The notes beneath the pieces are model-generated. The model saw only the letters and a program-made list of their open reading frames with translations, searched no databases and was not told where the DNA came from. Positions 30,289-39,677 of a stretch of DNA of 64,000 bases are shown in pieces. The stretch covers positions 1-64,000 of the forward strand of contig JBOEGD010000009.1 of NCBI GenBank assembly GCA_050633245.1. The letters run 5' to 3'. Every line of letters starts with the position of its first letter. The stretch's first letter is position 1. The translations under genes and the position numbers were made by a program. This DNA is from Calditrichia bacterium (lineage in GTDB: Bacteria > Calditrichota > Calditrichia > RBG-13-44-9 > J075).

Positions 30289-30335
30289 TTACCCCTCTAC
30301 AGGGTAAAAGATATTCCGTTTCGGGAAAATATCAA
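30289..30335 (-). promoter_or_regulatory. Promoter plus palindromic operator upstream of the TrmB gene
   Basis: Minus strand TTGATA-16 bp-TATCTT (30335-30308) followed at once by the inverted repeat TTACCC-N7-GGGTAA (30289-30307). Confidence 0.5.
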
Positions 30336-30459
30336 GTAAAATTATGTTTGTATAGAAAAAATATTTGCGGCATCATGCGAGTGAAACCGAAAACGAGGCT
30401 ATAGAATACGGAGAACAATCGATGTTAAACGTCAGATGTCTTACAGAAAATCTTATGCA

Positions 30460-31365
30460 CTAAAATTCGAACTCCATGCATTCGGATGCAATTCTTGAAT
30501 TTGGAAAAACCTTTTGTGCCTCTGCCTCTATTGAGCGAAGCATATCATCGTCATGACTGGGGTCGTGATGAAAAAGTAGCAGCTCCTTTGCACCGGATTG
30601 AATTGCAACATCACAGGCCATCTCATAAGTGCTATGACCAAAGCCTTGATTTTTTTGATACTCTTCAGGGTTATACTGTGCGTCGTGAAAAAGTAGATCG
30701 GCATCCTTGGCAAAGCCCACCAGTTTCTGGTCACCACCAATGTAGCCTTCCGTGTCTGATGCGAATACAATCTTGCGGCCTTCCAGGGTCTCTATCTTGT
30801 AAAAGAACGAGCCTCCTTTGGGGTGCATATAGTTGCGCATACAGCTAATTTTGGCCAGCCAGCCCGATGCGGGCGTTTCATTAACATGATGCAGTTCGAA
30901 GTGATCCTCATAAAAATAGGAGATCGTCTTTTCAGCGAGCTGATAGAAATGCTTTTTAAAGGGTAGATCTTCCATGCTAACCGGAAAAAAGGGCGGATGC
31001 ATAAACGTGGTTAATACATCTTCAAGATCGTAATCTAAAATTCGCGGGCTTAAGAAATGCAGTTCTGTTTTTGGCATATACAACATTGCGAAATAAGGAA
31101 ACCCAACGATATGATCAAGATGCATATGTGTAAAGAAAAGGTGGTATTTCCACTTCTTTTCATCATTATTCTTGGAAAACTTTTCTTTGATTAAGTCCTG
31201 GCCCAGCTTAATAATGCCGGATCCGGCATCGAAGATGAGCAGGTGGTTACCAATGTCGACTCTTAAACAGGTAGTATTTACGCCAATTGAGCTGGCAATT
31301 CCGGAAGTGGGAGAATAGCTTCCTCTCGCGCCGTATATTTTGACCCTTAAATGTGGCTTGCTCAT
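30460..31365 (-). CDS. MBL-fold metallo-hydrolase (RNase Z/phosphodiesterase-like)
   Basis: GARGS, NTTC, FDAGSG, THMHLDH (HxHxDH), HPKG, SDTE, HDAQY, GHS, FHHDP. Confidence 0.88.
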   Translation of the reverse strand: MSKPHLRVKIYGARGSYSPTSGIASSIGVNTTCLRVDIGNHLLIFDAGSGIIKLGQDLIKEKFSKNNDEKKWKYHLFFTHMHLDHIVGFPYFAMLYMPKTELHFLSPRILDYDLEDVLTTFMHPPFFPVSMEDLPFKKHFYQLAEKTISYFYEDHFELHHVNETPASGWLAKISCMRNYMHPKGGSFFYKIETLEGRKIVFASDTEGYIGGDQKLVGFAKDADLLFHDAQYNPEEYQKNQGFGHSTYEMACDVAIQSGAKELLLFHHDPSHDDDMLRSIEAEAQKVFPNSRIASECMEFEF

Positions 31366-31398
31366 GCGAACTCCCTCTCGGTTAATACAGCCATCGGA

Positions 31399-31947
31399 CT
31401 ATTGTCGCGACTCCAGCTTATTAATTTCATCCCGAATTTTTGCAGCATCTTCATAGAGCTCTTTTTCGACCGCTTCCTGAAGGTCTTTTTTCAGTCTTTC
31501 CAAACGATCATTTCCAGCTTCAATCTGGCGCTCTTCAATGTCTTGCATTTCATCTGCGCTGTATGCACCTTTTTGCATCACTTCATCTTCAACAAAGATT
31601 CGAATGTCCTGACGAACCGCCAAAGCAATGGCATCACTTGGTCGCGCATCTATTTCATAAAGTCGGGATTTACGTTTTACCTGAATTATTGCATAATATG
31701 TATTGTTCTTCAAATCGGAAACAATCACGCGCTCAATCTTGGCATCCATGGCTTCAAGCATGTTTAAAAGCAAATCATGCGTAATGGGACGCGGGGGCGC
31801 GATGTTTTCCAGCCCAAGGGCAATCGATTGGGCTTCATACTCACCGATTATAATCGGCAGCGTTTGTTCACCGCTGATTTCTTTGAGTATAACCCCACTA
31901 GACTGAGATTGAGTGAGAAATAATCCATTAACTTTAACTTCAATCAT
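31399..31947 (-). CDS. Bifunctional nuclease (DUF151) with C-terminal UVR domain
   Basis: LPIIIGEYEAQSIA, PRPITHDL, IDARPSDAIALA; AVEKELYEDAAKIRDEI. Confidence 0.92.
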   Translation of the reverse strand: MIEVKVNGLFLTQSQSSGVILKEISGEQTLPIIIGEYEAQSIALGLENIAPPRPITHDLLLNMLEAMDAKIERVIVSDLKNNTYYAIIQVKRKSRLYEIDARPSDAIALAVRQDIRIFVEDEVMQKGAYSADEMQDIEERQIEAGNDRLERLKKDLQEAVEKELYEDAAKIRDEINKLESRQ

Positions 31948-32120
31948 GTTGCCCTCTGTTTGGCTAAATTCAGGAAACGTTGCTCACATTTCAACGCCGT
32001 TACTAATTCGGCGCAATTTAGCCCGCTATAGATGGTTATTAAAGAACTTTTTAACAATTTAAACATTGATGCAGGTCAATTTGACAAAAAAATATGCGAC
32101 TCGCCTGCATAAAGTTTATA

Positions 32121-33137
32121 CTATCGGCGATTTACATAGAAATCTAAAATCTGGCGCTTCATATTAAACGGTTCAATTGCATTGAGCCTGAGAGCTTCCA
32201 CCTGACTACCTATTTTTAGTTCATCTATCGGAACAGAACTTTCGCACTCAATTAATGCTTCACAGGGCAAATGCCCCAGAATCTTTGAGCCAACCGTTTC
32301 GATGCCCAGCAGCGCCGCTTCATTAGAGAAAACCTCTACCAAATCCGTGAGTCGCGTGCGCGTATAGTCAGGAACATTGCAAAGCATTCGAACAACTTTC
32401 TTGTCCGGACGATCATCCACAAAAGTGTTAACTTGTTTAAGCAAACGCGAAATCTCTTCAAAAGTCCAATTTCCGTGCATTTCCCCATTTTCTTCTGCGT
32501 CCAAACGTTCGTGCACTTTGCTTAACTCATCTATCAACTCGATGTCTTCGGTATCAAAATAAATCGCAAAATTCAGGTGGAATAATCTTGCACCAACAAC
32601 TGCAACGCCGACTTCCGGATCAAAATCGACAGATCCAAGATCAGGTTGCCACTCCTCTTCGTTCAAAAGCTCCGGCAGGTTTAAGTGGTGAAATTGTCGA
32701 AATACGCGAAAATCTCGCCGCTCACGATTTCTGGCGGACTCACCAAATAAAAATATCGGCAGCGTTCGTTTCGCCAGGAGTTTATTTGAGAATTCCTCTG
32801 CTGCCTTTTTAGCGTGGTCCATTTCGGCGGCGCAGAATGGCAGAAAAGAGACAAGGTCTAAACTTCCCAGGGCGGAAAGCTCTTCGTCTCTTTCACTTAA
32901 CCTGACTCGCGAAAAAACTTCTTCGGCAATATTTAACGACGCGGCAACAACCTTTTTAGACGGCCCACAAAAAAGTATATTTGTGCGATCGTAATAGCTG
33001 TTCGGATGCACATTTACAAGTCTACAGGAAGGTGTATCAGAAATTCTTTTTGCAACGGCATCAATGATGTCTGCATCTCGTCCCTTGCTAAAATAAATTG
33101 ACGCAATTAACGAACTGTCAACTGTTTTGGCTTTCAA
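32121..33137 (-). CDS. Glutamate formiminotransferase-like protein (divergent, probably inactive)
   Basis: FSKGRD, DRT, GSLDLVSFLP, LPIFLFGESA, WQPDLG, GVAVVGAR, GSKILG follow the FTCD formiminotransferase domain; the EHPRMG motif is absent. Confidence 0.7.
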   Translation of the reverse strand: MKAKTVDSSLIASIYFSKGRDADIIDAVAKRISDTPSCRLVNVHPNSYYDRTNILFCGPSKKVVAASLNIAEEVFSRVRLSERDEELSALGSLDLVSFLPFCAAEMDHAKKAAEEFSNKLLAKRTLPIFLFGESARNRERRDFRVFRQFHHLNLPELLNEEEWQPDLGSVDFDPEVGVAVVGARLFHLNFAIYFDTEDIELIDELSKVHERLDAEENGEMHGNWTFEEISRLLKQVNTFVDDRPDKKVVRMLCNVPDYTRTRLTDLVEVFSNEAALLGIETVGSKILGHLPCEALIECESSVPIDELKIGSQVEALRLNAIEPFNMKRQILDFYVNRR

Positions 33138-34275
33138 GCGCTATCTTTCCGCTTTTTGATAGAACATCTTCATATAGCCGAATATACTGCGGAATTATGA
33201 AATCTGAATGAAAATTATCTAAAGCATGTTTACGCGCCTGCCTAGATAATCGTTCCTGCAATTCAGGATCTTTCAGTATTTTCAGTGCATACTTACTCAT
33301 GGTTTCCACATCGCCCACGTTGGCATGATAACCCGTTTCTCCATGGATATTTACTTCCGGTAAACCACCGGCATTACTCGTAATACACGGCAGACCACAC
33401 GTCATGGCCTCAAGAGCAGCGAGTCCAAAGCTCTCGGTATTACTCGGCATCAAAAAGATATCGCCAAGCGCGAGAAGATAATAGACATCGTCCTGTTTTC
33501 CGAGGAAAATAACGTCCGAGTCAATACCAAGCTCCGCAGCCCGCCTTTCGGCATGCGCGCGATCGGGACCGTCACCGATTAATACAAGCTTCACCGGCAT
33601 CTCCTTACGAATTCTCGCTGCAACCTCAATCGTATCCAAAACGCGCTTTACAGGTCTGAAATTAGAGAGGTGAATAAGTATTGGTTCGCCACCGGGAGCC
33701 ATGCGTTCCCGAATCTTAAGACAAGCAGCCTTTTGGGAAGGATTCTCGCGAATAAAATTATGAATAACATCGATGGGAACGGTGGGCTGGAACGTGCGCA
33801 AGGTTTCTTCGCGTAGAAATGCTGAAACAGCTGTTACCGCATCGCTCTGATTAATACTGTGCTGCGTAATTCGCATAAACGAAGGGTCGGCCCCAACCAG
33901 CGTTATATCCGTTCCGTGGAGCGTCGTAATCACAGGAAGCTGTCGCTGTTCCTTTATCATATCCCGAGCCAGGTAGGCCGAGAGCGCATGCGGAATCGCA
34001 TAGTGCACGTGAAGTAAATCGAGCTCCTCACGCAAAGCGATATCGGCCATTTTTGTAGCCAACGCCAACGCGTAGGGCGGATATTCGAACAGAGGATATT
34101 CTGTTGTAACAACTTCGTGAAAAAAAATATTGCTTTGAAAACCATTCAGGCGGTGTGGCAATGCGTAGCTGATAAAGTGGACTTCATGACCAAGAAGAGC
34201 CAAGTTCTTACCGAGTTCCGTTGCAACAACACCACTTCCACCGTAGGTGGGATAACAAGAGATGCCTATTTTCAT
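33118..34275 (-). CDS. bshA: N-acetyl-alpha-D-glucosaminyl L-malate synthase BshA
   Basis: MKIGISCYPTYGGSGVVATELG, YPLFEYPPY, HVHYAIPHA, TTLHGTDITLVG, SNFRPVKR, ESFGLAALEAM. Confidence 0.95.
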   Translation of the reverse strand: MKIGISCYPTYGGSGVVATELGKNLALLGHEVHFISYALPHRLNGFQSNIFFHEVVTTEYPLFEYPPYALALATKMADIALREELDLLHVHYAIPHALSAYLARDMIKEQRQLPVITTLHGTDITLVGADPSFMRITQHSINQSDAVTAVSAFLREETLRTFQPTVPIDVIHNFIRENPSQKAACLKIRERMAPGGEPILIHLSNFRPVKRVLDTIEVAARIRKEMPVKLVLIGDGPDRAHAERRAAELGIDSDVIFLGKQDDVYYLLALGDIFLMPSNTESFGLAALEAMTCGLPCITSNAGGLPEVNIHGETGYHANVGDVETMSKYALKILKDPELQERLSRQARKHALDNFHSDFIIPQYIRLYEDVLSKSGKIALESQNS

Positions 34276-35795
34276 GCGATTTCTTCTATGTCCTTCGCTA
34301 TAATGACCTGATTGCGGCCTGATTTTTTAGCGACGTAGAGAGCTTGATCTGCAAAGGATATCAGTTCGGTCTCAGCAGGAGCATCTTGTGGAAATGATGC
34401 CAGCCCAACACTGATAGTCACCTTCCCCATCGGCTGAACTTCTTCCCGAAAAAATCCGGCTTCTTCAACCTTTACCCGGATCCGTTCTGCCAGTGCTGCG
34501 GCACCACCCTGGGTTGCACGCGGCAAAATGATTGCAAACTCCTCGCCACCATATCTGGCTACAATATCGTTATCCCGCACCGACTTTTTCAAGATATTAC
34601 TTACTTTTCGTAAAACATCGTCTCCCGCAGGATGTCCAAGCGTATCATTATAGTTTTTAAAATGGTCTACGTCCATTATCAAGAGCGACAGAGAGGAGCT
34701 TTCGCGACGAGCGCGAGCCAGCTCTTCTTTCAGGCGCAGGCGAAAAAAACGATAGTTGTGTAGACCCGTCATGCCATCGGTATAAGACATTTCACGCAGT
34801 CGTTCGTAGTTCTGGGCATTGTGAGTGGCAACAGACAACATATTTGTGAGGATACCGAGGGTTTCAAGATTTTCTTTGGAATAGGGTTCACCTTTGAAGT
34901 TTGCCCCCAGACAAACCATGCCGATAATATCGTCATTGCGAAGCATCGGAGAAACAACTTCAATTTCAGCCTTTTGAAGCGCCGCACATACATCAGCAAA
35001 TTCCTCGGGTAGTTCACTTAATTGCAGCGCTTTTTTCTGCAGCTCAAGATAATGAATCAATCCGCTGTGCCTCGAAAAATGTAGCTGACTGAGTATATCA
35101 TCGTTCATTCCGCGCGAGTCGATTACAGAAAAGAAGTCTTCATCGGCTTTGGTTGCCTGCATCATAACAGCGTTACGCGTACCAAAGATACCCAATATAT
35201 TTACCAGCGCCTTACGCACCAGCTTGGGAAACTCCAGCTGGCCCATTACGCGATAAGAAACCTCGAATAAGTTATGAAAATCGTAGAGCTTGCGCTGTAG
35301 CTGCTTATTTGTCTTTACCAAAACGGAGTTCAGACGACTAATTTGCTTGTTCGCGTCATCAACCTCAACAGTCCGTCGCACCAGAGTATCCTGTAAACTT
35401 TTAATGCGCAGCATATTTTTAATGCGCGCAAGCAATTCATCGAAGTCGAAAGGTTTGGTAATATAGTCATCAGCACCAGCTTCAAGAGCTGTGACCATAT
35501 CCCACTTTTCCTTTTTGGCTGTCAGCACGATAATCGGCAGATAAGATGGAAGCTTCTGATTGCGAATCCTTTTAGTAGCTGCAATGCCGTCCAACTCCGG
35601 CATCATCAAATCAAGCAAGATTAGATCCGGCTCGTGTTCTACAATTTTTTCAATAACTTCGCGGCTTTGCAGGCAGCTACGCACATCGTAATCATGACGT
35701 ACAAGATAAGCCCTTAGAAGCTTATGAACAGACTGCTCATCATCTACAACTAAGATGCGTGGTTTACGCGATTCGCCGGTATTTGATTGATTCAT
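34272..35795 (-). CDS. Response-regulator diguanylate cyclase (REC-coiled coil-GAF-GGDEF)
   Basis: ILVVDDE, LLDLMMPELDG, DYITKPF; TDGMTGLHN, DVDHFKNYND, RDND I-site, GGEEF active site. Confidence 0.92.
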   Translation of the reverse strand: MNQSNTGESRKPRILVVDDEQSVHKLLRAYLVRHDYDVRSCLQSREVIEKIVEHEPDLILLDLMMPELDGIAATKRIRNQKLPSYLPIIVLTAKKEKWDMVTALEAGADDYITKPFDFDELLARIKNMLRIKSLQDTLVRRTVEVDDANKQISRLNSVLVKTNKQLQRKLYDFHNLFEVSYRVMGQLEFPKLVRKALVNILGIFGTRNAVMMQATKADEDFFSVIDSRGMNDDILSQLHFSRHSGLIHYLELQKKALQLSELPEEFADVCAALQKAEIEVVSPMLRNDDIIGMVCLGANFKGEPYSKENLETLGILTNMLSVATHNAQNYERLREMSYTDGMTGLHNYRFFRLRLKEELARARRESSSLSLLIMDVDHFKNYNDTLGHPAGDDVLRKVSNILKKSVRDNDIVARYGGEEFAIILPRATQGGAAALAERIRVKVEEAGFFREEVQPMGKVTISVGLASFPQDAPAETELISFADQALYVAKKSGRNQVIIAKDIEEIA

Positions 35796-35886
35796 TAAAT
35801 CGATTCCGTTTTTACATTACCCTGTTTGATTCGCAGATCAACAGACTTATATTCGTTGAATATACTGACAATTGCAGAGGATTTAC

Positions 35887-36327
35887 ATGAATATTGCCAA
35901 ATCTATGTCTGTAAGAGCGGGGCTCAGGCTATTAATATCGGGTCTTACGGTGGTTATCTTAGCACAATTTAACTCCTGTAGCGGTGATGGATCTACAAAT
36001 GTAGATCCAGAAAATTTTCCAGACAGCAATCTCAGCTGGAACTTGCATATTCGCCCCATTCTTCAGGATAACTGTGCAGTTTCCGGTTGTCATGATTCCG
36101 GAACACAGCAAAATGGATTGGATTTGCAGGCCGACCCACCTACGTTCCAAAGTAATAATCGTCTGGTTGTTGTCCCGTTTAGCCGTACGACCAGCTTTTT
36201 ATATGCAATTTTATTCCAGGAAACAGATGGTATACCGAGAATGCCGAAGGAACGTGGAGCTCTAAGTGATGCGAAGGTCACTGCAATCGGCACGTGGATA
36301 GATGAAGGGGCGAATACGGCGAACTAA
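35887..36327 (+). CDS. Lipoprotein with planctomycete-type cytochrome c domain (CX4CH)
   Basis: Lipobox FNSC; IRPILQDNCAVSGCH, GLDL, RMP, IGTWIDEGA; RBS GAGG before ATG 35887. Confidence 0.7.
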   Translation: MNIAKSMSVRAGLRLLISGLTVVILAQFNSCSGDGSTNVDPENFPDSNLSWNLHIRPILQDNCAVSGCHDSGTQQNGLDLQADPPTFQSNNRLVVVPFSRTTSFLYAILFQETDGIPRMPKERGALSDAKVTAIGTWIDEGANTAN

Positions 36328-36340
36328 GAATGACAAATAA

Positions 36341-36434
36341 GCGGTGAGCGGTGAGTAGAATTTGCCACTTGCCTTAAAAACAAAATCCAGAACAAATTTG
36401 CCCTATTCACTTTTCACGTTTCACTTTTCACGTT
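36341..36434. repeat. Two heptamer arrays: (GCGGTGA)x2 and (TCACKTT)x4
   Basis: gcggtga gcggtga at 36341; tcacttt tcacgtt tcacttt tcacgtt at 36407. Confidence 0.7.
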
Positions 36435-36467
36435 TAACAACCCAGAACTCAGAAGGTAGCTACAGAC

Positions 36468-37784
36468 ATGAAGGTCCAAGCACAATTATTTAAGGGCACA
36501 CGCGATTTCCTGCCCGAGCAAATGATCAAGAGAAATTACGTCGTATCGAAGATCAAAACGGTCTTCGAAAAATACGGATTCGAGCCTCTGGAAACACCAA
36601 CTATTGAAATGTGGGATACGCTTTCCGGAAAATATGGTGAAGAAGGTGATCGACTGACCTATCGATTTACAGATCGTGGGGGACGCGATGTCGGGTTGCG
36701 CTACGATCTCACAGTGCCCTTTTCGCGCGTGATGGCAATGTATCCGGAACTGCCAAAACCTTTCAAACGTTACCAAATTCAGCCGGTTTGGCGTGCAGAC
36801 AGACCGCAAAAAGGGCGTTTTCGCGAGTTCTATCAGTGCGATGTCGATGTTGTTGGCAGTGACTCCATTATTGCTGATGCAGAAGTTGTTGCTGTTATCT
36901 CTGAAGTGCTGACAACTCTCAACTTCAAGAAATTTGCCATTCGCATTAATAGCAGGAAAGTTTTGGCTGGAATTGTGGAAGCCACGAGCGCCGGAGCCGA
37001 TAAAGAAATGGATGTCTATCGCTCAATCGACAAGCTGGATAAAATCGGTATCGAAGGCGTTAAAAAAGAGTTGGAGGAACGCGGCATTAGCAGTAGCTCC
37101 ACCGCGACTATTCTCGATATTCTGAAAATCGACGGCGATAACGCTACCAGACTTATAAAAGCTACCGAAGCATTGGCGTCTTCAGAAATCGGTATGGCGG
37201 GCATTGCGGAAATCAAAGAGCTCTTTTCCCACCTGAATGGGTATGGCGTTAAAGATTCAGATTTGCGCTTTGATCTTACGCTTGCCAGAGGGCTAGATTA
37301 TTACACAGGAATTATTTGCGAAACCATTGTGGAAGAGCCAAAAATCGGCAGCATCACAGGTGGTGGGCGCTACGACAATTTGATTGGCATGTTCAGCAAG
37401 AACTCTATCCCCGCCACCGGCAGTTCGGTCGGGCTTGAGCGCATTATTACCGTTATGGATGAGCTGGATATGTTTCCGTCAAACTTGAAGACTTCCACGG
37501 AAGTGTTGGTAACGGTATTTAACACAGACTCGCTCCCCTATTCCATTAAGGTAGCAAAGAGACTACGTGAGGCCGGAATTAATGTCGATCTATATACCGG
37601 AACCGTAAAACTTGAGAAACAAATGAAGTTTGCACATAAGAAACAAATTCCATTCGTAGCTATCGCCGGGCCAAATGAAATTGCCATTGAAGAAGTGGTG
37701 ATAAAAAATATGGGCACAGGCGAGTCAAAGAACTTTCGGCTTAACGAATTGGCGGCAGGAGTAGACAAGACATTGGAAAGATAA
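36468..37784 (+). CDS. hisS: Histidine--tRNA ligase
   Basis: KGTRDF, LRYDLTVP, WRADRPQKGRFREFYQCDVD, LARGLDYYTG, GGGRYDNL, GLERI. Confidence 0.96.
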   Translation: MKVQAQLFKGTRDFLPEQMIKRNYVVSKIKTVFEKYGFEPLETPTIEMWDTLSGKYGEEGDRLTYRFTDRGGRDVGLRYDLTVPFSRVMAMYPELPKPFKRYQIQPVWRADRPQKGRFREFYQCDVDVVGSDSIIADAEVVAVISEVLTTLNFKKFAIRINSRKVLAGIVEATSAGADKEMDVYRSIDKLDKIGIEGVKKELEERGISSSSTATILDILKIDGDNATRLIKATEALASSEIGMAGIAEIKELFSHLNGYGVKDSDLRFDLTLARGLDYYTGIICETIVEEPKIGSITGGGRYDNLIGMFSKNSIPATGSSVGLERIITVMDELDMFPSNLKTSTEVLVTVFNTDSLPYSIKVAKRLREAGINVDLYTGTVKLEKQMKFAHKKQIPFVAIAGPNEIAIEEVVIKNMGTGESKNFRLNELAAGVDKTLER

Positions 37785-37789
37785 TTTCC

Positions 37790-37818
37790 TTGACTTATTT
37801 GATCGCGTTTCTTATTAT
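37790..37818 (+). promoter_or_regulatory. Near-consensus sigma70 promoter
   Basis: TTGACT-17 bp-TATTAT immediately after the hisS stop codon. Confidence 0.65.
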
Positions 37819-37820
37819 TT

Positions 37821-37876
37821 GTCCCGGTTCGGGGAAGCCGCAGAATATCAGCATTTCTTCTGATAACGTTCCCTAC
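37821..37876 (+). ncRNA. Candidate structured leader or small RNA
   Basis: Starts near the predicted TSS; nested stems gggaa/ttccc and tatcag/ctgata with an asymmetric gccgcagaa/acg internal loop. Confidence 0.3.
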
Positions 37877-38247
37877 TTGTAAAATTTTGTTATAACGACC
37901 TAATGACTTTTTGTGTCGCCAGTAACTCTAACAGATTATTGCATCGCTATATTCAGCTAACCTGCGATGCAGAATCGATCTTGCCTCTAAAATACCGCGC
38001 ACTTCGGCATTTGTTTACATATGCCAATTCTCTCACTCTGGTATTACCCAAATTACATATTTCCACGTCGAATCGCATGGAAACCAACCCAACTTTTTCT
38101 TTTCGACATGCTACGTCAACTTTTTTGAGAGAAGTGCGTTTACTTAATGATATGAGCAGGACAAGAAGGAGTCATCAACAATTCACTGTTTGTGTTTAAA
38201 AGAATTTAGACTGACTATCTTTTTCAACCAAAAAAGATTAAGACAAA

Positions 38248-39675
38248 ATGAAAAATATATTGAAATACATTATTTTAGCACTTCTATTATCTTCCCTGGC
38301 AGTTCATGCTCAGGCAACTGGCTCTACACAGGCCCTTCAGGATAGCTTTATTCATTTAAAAGGGCGCAACGGTCATCTGTTTTTTCCCGTTGAGTATGCC
38401 AGGCTAAGAATAGAATTATCTGCCCTCGAGAAATCCGCATCAAATTCCAACTGGAATTCTTATAGAGATCAGTATGAGGATCTTGAAAAAGATTTGCAGC
38501 TGTGGTTAGCAAACTCCAGCCAGGCAGCGACCAACACCTCTTCAGCATTAGATGCTCGCTCAGAAGCAGTTTTGCTGAAAGCAGAGCAATTCGCAGAAGA
38601 TTTCTTCCAGAAGGGCGATAAGCAACTTCAAAAAGCTGCAGCCTATGTTGCAGAAGGGAATATTGGACGTGCCGAAAAGCATGTCGACAATGCCAGAATA
38701 CTGTATAAAAGAGCAGAGTTGGAAGCAGTCAGGAACAATCTCATTGGCGAGGTTCGCATACTTATTCATGAAAGCCTCGATTTGAAGGCAAATGAATTAG
38801 CGCCGGAGGCCTATGCAAAGGCCAGACAAATGATGGAAGAGACGGAACAAATGGTCCGTTTGGGCAAAGGTTCGACCGTAGACATTTCTTCGCAAAGTCA
38901 GCGTTTGGTTAAGGCAGCGAATACGTTGTTACAACGCGTCCAGACGATTCACCCGCTCTATAAGGTAAAAAGTAATATTGAAGGCTTTCTGGTTAATCTG
39001 GAGGGCAATTTAGCGCTTGTAGCCGAGGAATTGGACTTACTCCCCAATTCCGGAGCAAATGTTGATGATTTGCTAAATAATATGCATCAGGCGGCAAAGA
39101 ATCTGAATAACGAAAAATCCATCCTGATAAAACGAAACCGTCAGCTGGTTGAAGAAAAGCAGGAGCTTGAACAGGAACTTGCCCAGTATCGGGATAAGGC
39201 ACGGGTTCGGCAACAGCGACAGAATGAGATCAACCGTTTTAAGGCGCAGTTGAAGCAGCACGTTTTACAAAACGACAATAAGCTGACCGTTTTGTTAGAC
39301 TCGCTGGCCTTTGAAGAAGAATCAGACGCACTCAGCCCCATACAGCGTGCCCGGTTGAATGAACTAAGCATTGCGCTACAGCATCTAAACATCCACGGTC
39401 TTGAAGTGCGCTATATCAGCTATAGCACATCAACGGTATCACTGTATCAGCATCTTGCGGGCAAACGCGCAGAAAAAATTCGCGATCACTTAAACAGCCT
39501 GTTAAACACGCGAAATGGGATACAGGCTCAGGGAATCGCTTATCAATCCGACTTCTCTTCCCAGGCAACGATAGAGGGGCGTGTTGAGTTAATTATTGAC
39601 CTGGGTGAGACAGCTGCCCCCGGCTATATCTCCACCGGCTACAAGAACGACTCCGGCAGTTCTTTTTCTGAATAA
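38248..39675 (+). CDS. Secreted helical/coiled-coil protein with degenerate OmpA-like C-terminal domain
   Basis: Signal peptide, helical repeats (AEQFAEDFFQKG; ANELAPEAYAKA), coiled coil, LAFEEESDAL...LAGKRAEKIRDHL...GRVELII. Confidence 0.65.
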   Translation: MKNILKYIILALLLSSLAVHAQATGSTQALQDSFIHLKGRNGHLFFPVEYARLRIELSALEKSASNSNWNSYRDQYEDLEKDLQLWLANSSQAATNTSSALDARSEAVLLKAEQFAEDFFQKGDKQLQKAAAYVAEGNIGRAEKHVDNARILYKRAELEAVRNNLIGEVRILIHESLDLKANELAPEAYAKARQMMEETEQMVRLGKGSTVDISSQSQRLVKAANTLLQRVQTIHPLYKVKSNIEGFLVNLEGNLALVAEELDLLPNSGANVDDLLNNMHQAAKNLNNEKSILIKRNRQLVEEKQELEQELAQYRDKARVRQQRQNEINRFKAQLKQHVLQNDNKLTVLLDSLAFEEESDALSPIQRARLNELSIALQHLNIHGLEVRYISYSTSTVSLYQHLAGKRAEKIRDHLNSLLNTRNGIQAQGIAYQSDFSSQATIEGRVELIIDLGETAAPGYISTGYKNDSGSSFSE

Positions 39676-39677
39676 CG

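Noticed and set aside
37903-38199. 98-aa ORF downstream of hisS
   Set aside because: No RBS, no domain features and intergenic-like composition; not called, though not formally excluded.
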